Virus record (IMG/VR): IMGVR_UViG_3300040733_000128
Location: 1 to 44,441 of that record
Length of the DNA: 44,441 nt
Reading direction: 5' to 3' (one strand)
Origin: a virus
Taxonomy: Duplodnaviria > Caudoviricetes
In this document: one piece after another, positions 43,267 to 44,441 of the stretch
Layout of the letters: the number at the start of each line of letters is the position of its first letter
How positions within the stretch are numbered: the first letter of the stretch is position 1
The notes under the pieces: generated by a model
The model's database searches: none
Seen by the model: the letters and a program-made list of their open reading frames with translations, nothing else
What the model was told of the DNA's origin: nothing
Position numbers and translations under genes: made by a program

Positions 43267-43713
43267 TTCTCGTTTTGATTGAAAAAATCTTTGCAAGATC
43301 GCCTGGCATTTCTCCTGCATAACACCGCCTTCTACCTCCAGTTTATGGTTCAGAGGCAGCGCGTTCACATCGATGACTGAACCAAAGGCGCCCCGCTTCT
43401 CGTCGTAACACCCGAAGACAACGCGCCTGATCCGCGCTTCAACGATCGCGCCGGCACACATGATGCATGGCTCCATCGAAACGTAGAGGGTGCAGTCTGT
43501 GAGCCGGTAGTTGTTCAGCATATCTGCCGCCATATGGATGGCAAGTATCTCCGCGTGCGAGGTCGGCCTGTTGGAACGGATCGTCAGGTTGTGCGCCTTG
43601 GCGATAACCTTCTTATCCGGTGATGTGATCACGGCGCCGACAGGCACCTCCTCCTCCGTAAATGCCCTCTCGGCCTCTCTCAGGCACATCGCCATGAAAT
43701 GCAGATCATCCAT
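43243..43713 (-). CDS. tadA: tRNA adenosine(34) deaminase (host)
   Basis: EVPVGAV, HAE, EPCIMC motifs. Confidence 0.95.
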   Translation of the reverse strand: MDDLHFMAMCLREAERAFTEEEVPVGAVITSPDKKVIAKAHNLTIRSNRPTSHAEILAIHMAADMLNNYRLTDCTLYVSMEPCIMCAGAIVEARIRRVVFGCYDEKRGAFGSVIDVNALPLNHKLEVEGGVMQEKCQAILQRFFQSKREGEVPKRS

Positions 43714-43808
43714 GCCAACAATATACCTATCGTACAGGATAAAATCAATTGGAATTCCCTATTGCGCGAAGCCTAAAAAGAGTTTATAACGTTTGGGGAG
43801 AAGAGACA

Positions 43809-44441
43809 GTGGTGTACAGAAAGTCAATGCCTCGCAACGCGATAGACCTTATTCCTTCAGAGCTCAGGGCAATTGAAGATCATAAGTATTACCTTTCTCA
43901 AAAAGAGGGCAGGGAGGTCTCGCTTGAGGAGGCGATCGTGGATTTTCTTATCGATTACGAGGATGATTATCTGAAGCGAAAACAGACCGAAGACGTTGCG
44001 CAGCAGAACGAAGAGATCATGAAATATAAATGGATCGAATCGGAGCGGGAAGGCCACGACATCGGGGCAGAGACGGCGGCGATGGAGTGGGTCGAGAAAT
44101 ACGGCTCTATCTGGCGGGAAGAGAGGGAATCCCTTGAGAAGTATGGCTTCCTTGAGACGGCGCTGGTGGTGGATGACAAGGCGGGGGTCGTTATCGACAT
44201 GATGAAGCTGGCCGACATAGCGTATAAGAATCACTGCGAGCTCTACATCCACAAAGAGAGGATGAAATATTATAATTTCACATTATTCGGCAAAAAAGAA
44301 TACCTGAACGTTAAATCGATCCTCTGCCCGAAGTATATTGAAGCGGTTAAAGGTGAGAGGATCGAATTCATCGCCACCGGTGAGGGTGCGCTAAGCGCGC
44401 TGCCGGAAGTGCGACGTTTTATAAATAGCTCAACTCCGTGA
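43809..44441 (+). CDS. Host protein with duplicated DUF4032-like motifs and C-terminal HPr-like domain
   Basis: HKYYLSQKEGREV and YKWIESEREGHDIG repeats; NVKSIL...KGERIEFIATGEGA..AL; start GTG 43809 or ATG 43827. Confidence 0.65.
   Translation: MVYRKSMPRNAIDLIPSELRAIEDHKYYLSQKEGREVSLEEAIVDFLIDYEDDYLKRKQTEDVAQQNEEIMKYKWIESEREGHDIGAETAAMEWVEKYGSIWREERESLEKYGFLETALVVDDKAGVVIDMMKLADIAYKNHCELYIHKERMKYYNFTLFGKKEYLNVKSILCPKYIEAVKGERIEFIATGEGALSALPEVRRFINSSTP

Overview
Nearly the whole window (1 to about 43176) is a lambda-like, non-contractile-tailed temperate prophage integrated at the 3' end of a host tRNA-Ser(CGA). Host tadA and a divergent HPr-like gene lie to its right; the second att core should lie just left of position 1. 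From left to right it carries: a tyrosine integrase and early operon (ParB-like protein, beta-clamp, initiator-like tRNA-Met, MazG-like, CII-like), a divergent XRE repressor, two AT-rich morons, a complete diversity-generating retroelement (RT, TR, avd, CLec-fold target with VR), tail genes, a lysis cassette, head genes, two ParB-DNA methyltransferase fusions, terminase, a lambda-like cos site, and a replication initiator with four iterons. Best leads: (1) the DGR, whose TR is in frame with the RT; (2) att lies between the early operon and the replication/late genes, so integration splits the lytic transcription unit; (3) a multi-stem RNA with anti-SD/anti-anti-SD pairing in front of the methyltransferases; (4) an attenuator-like leader where cro would be; (5) a variant initiator tRNA nested in an ORF. 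All protein family calls and RNA folds were made by eye from motifs and synteny, not by database search or computation.
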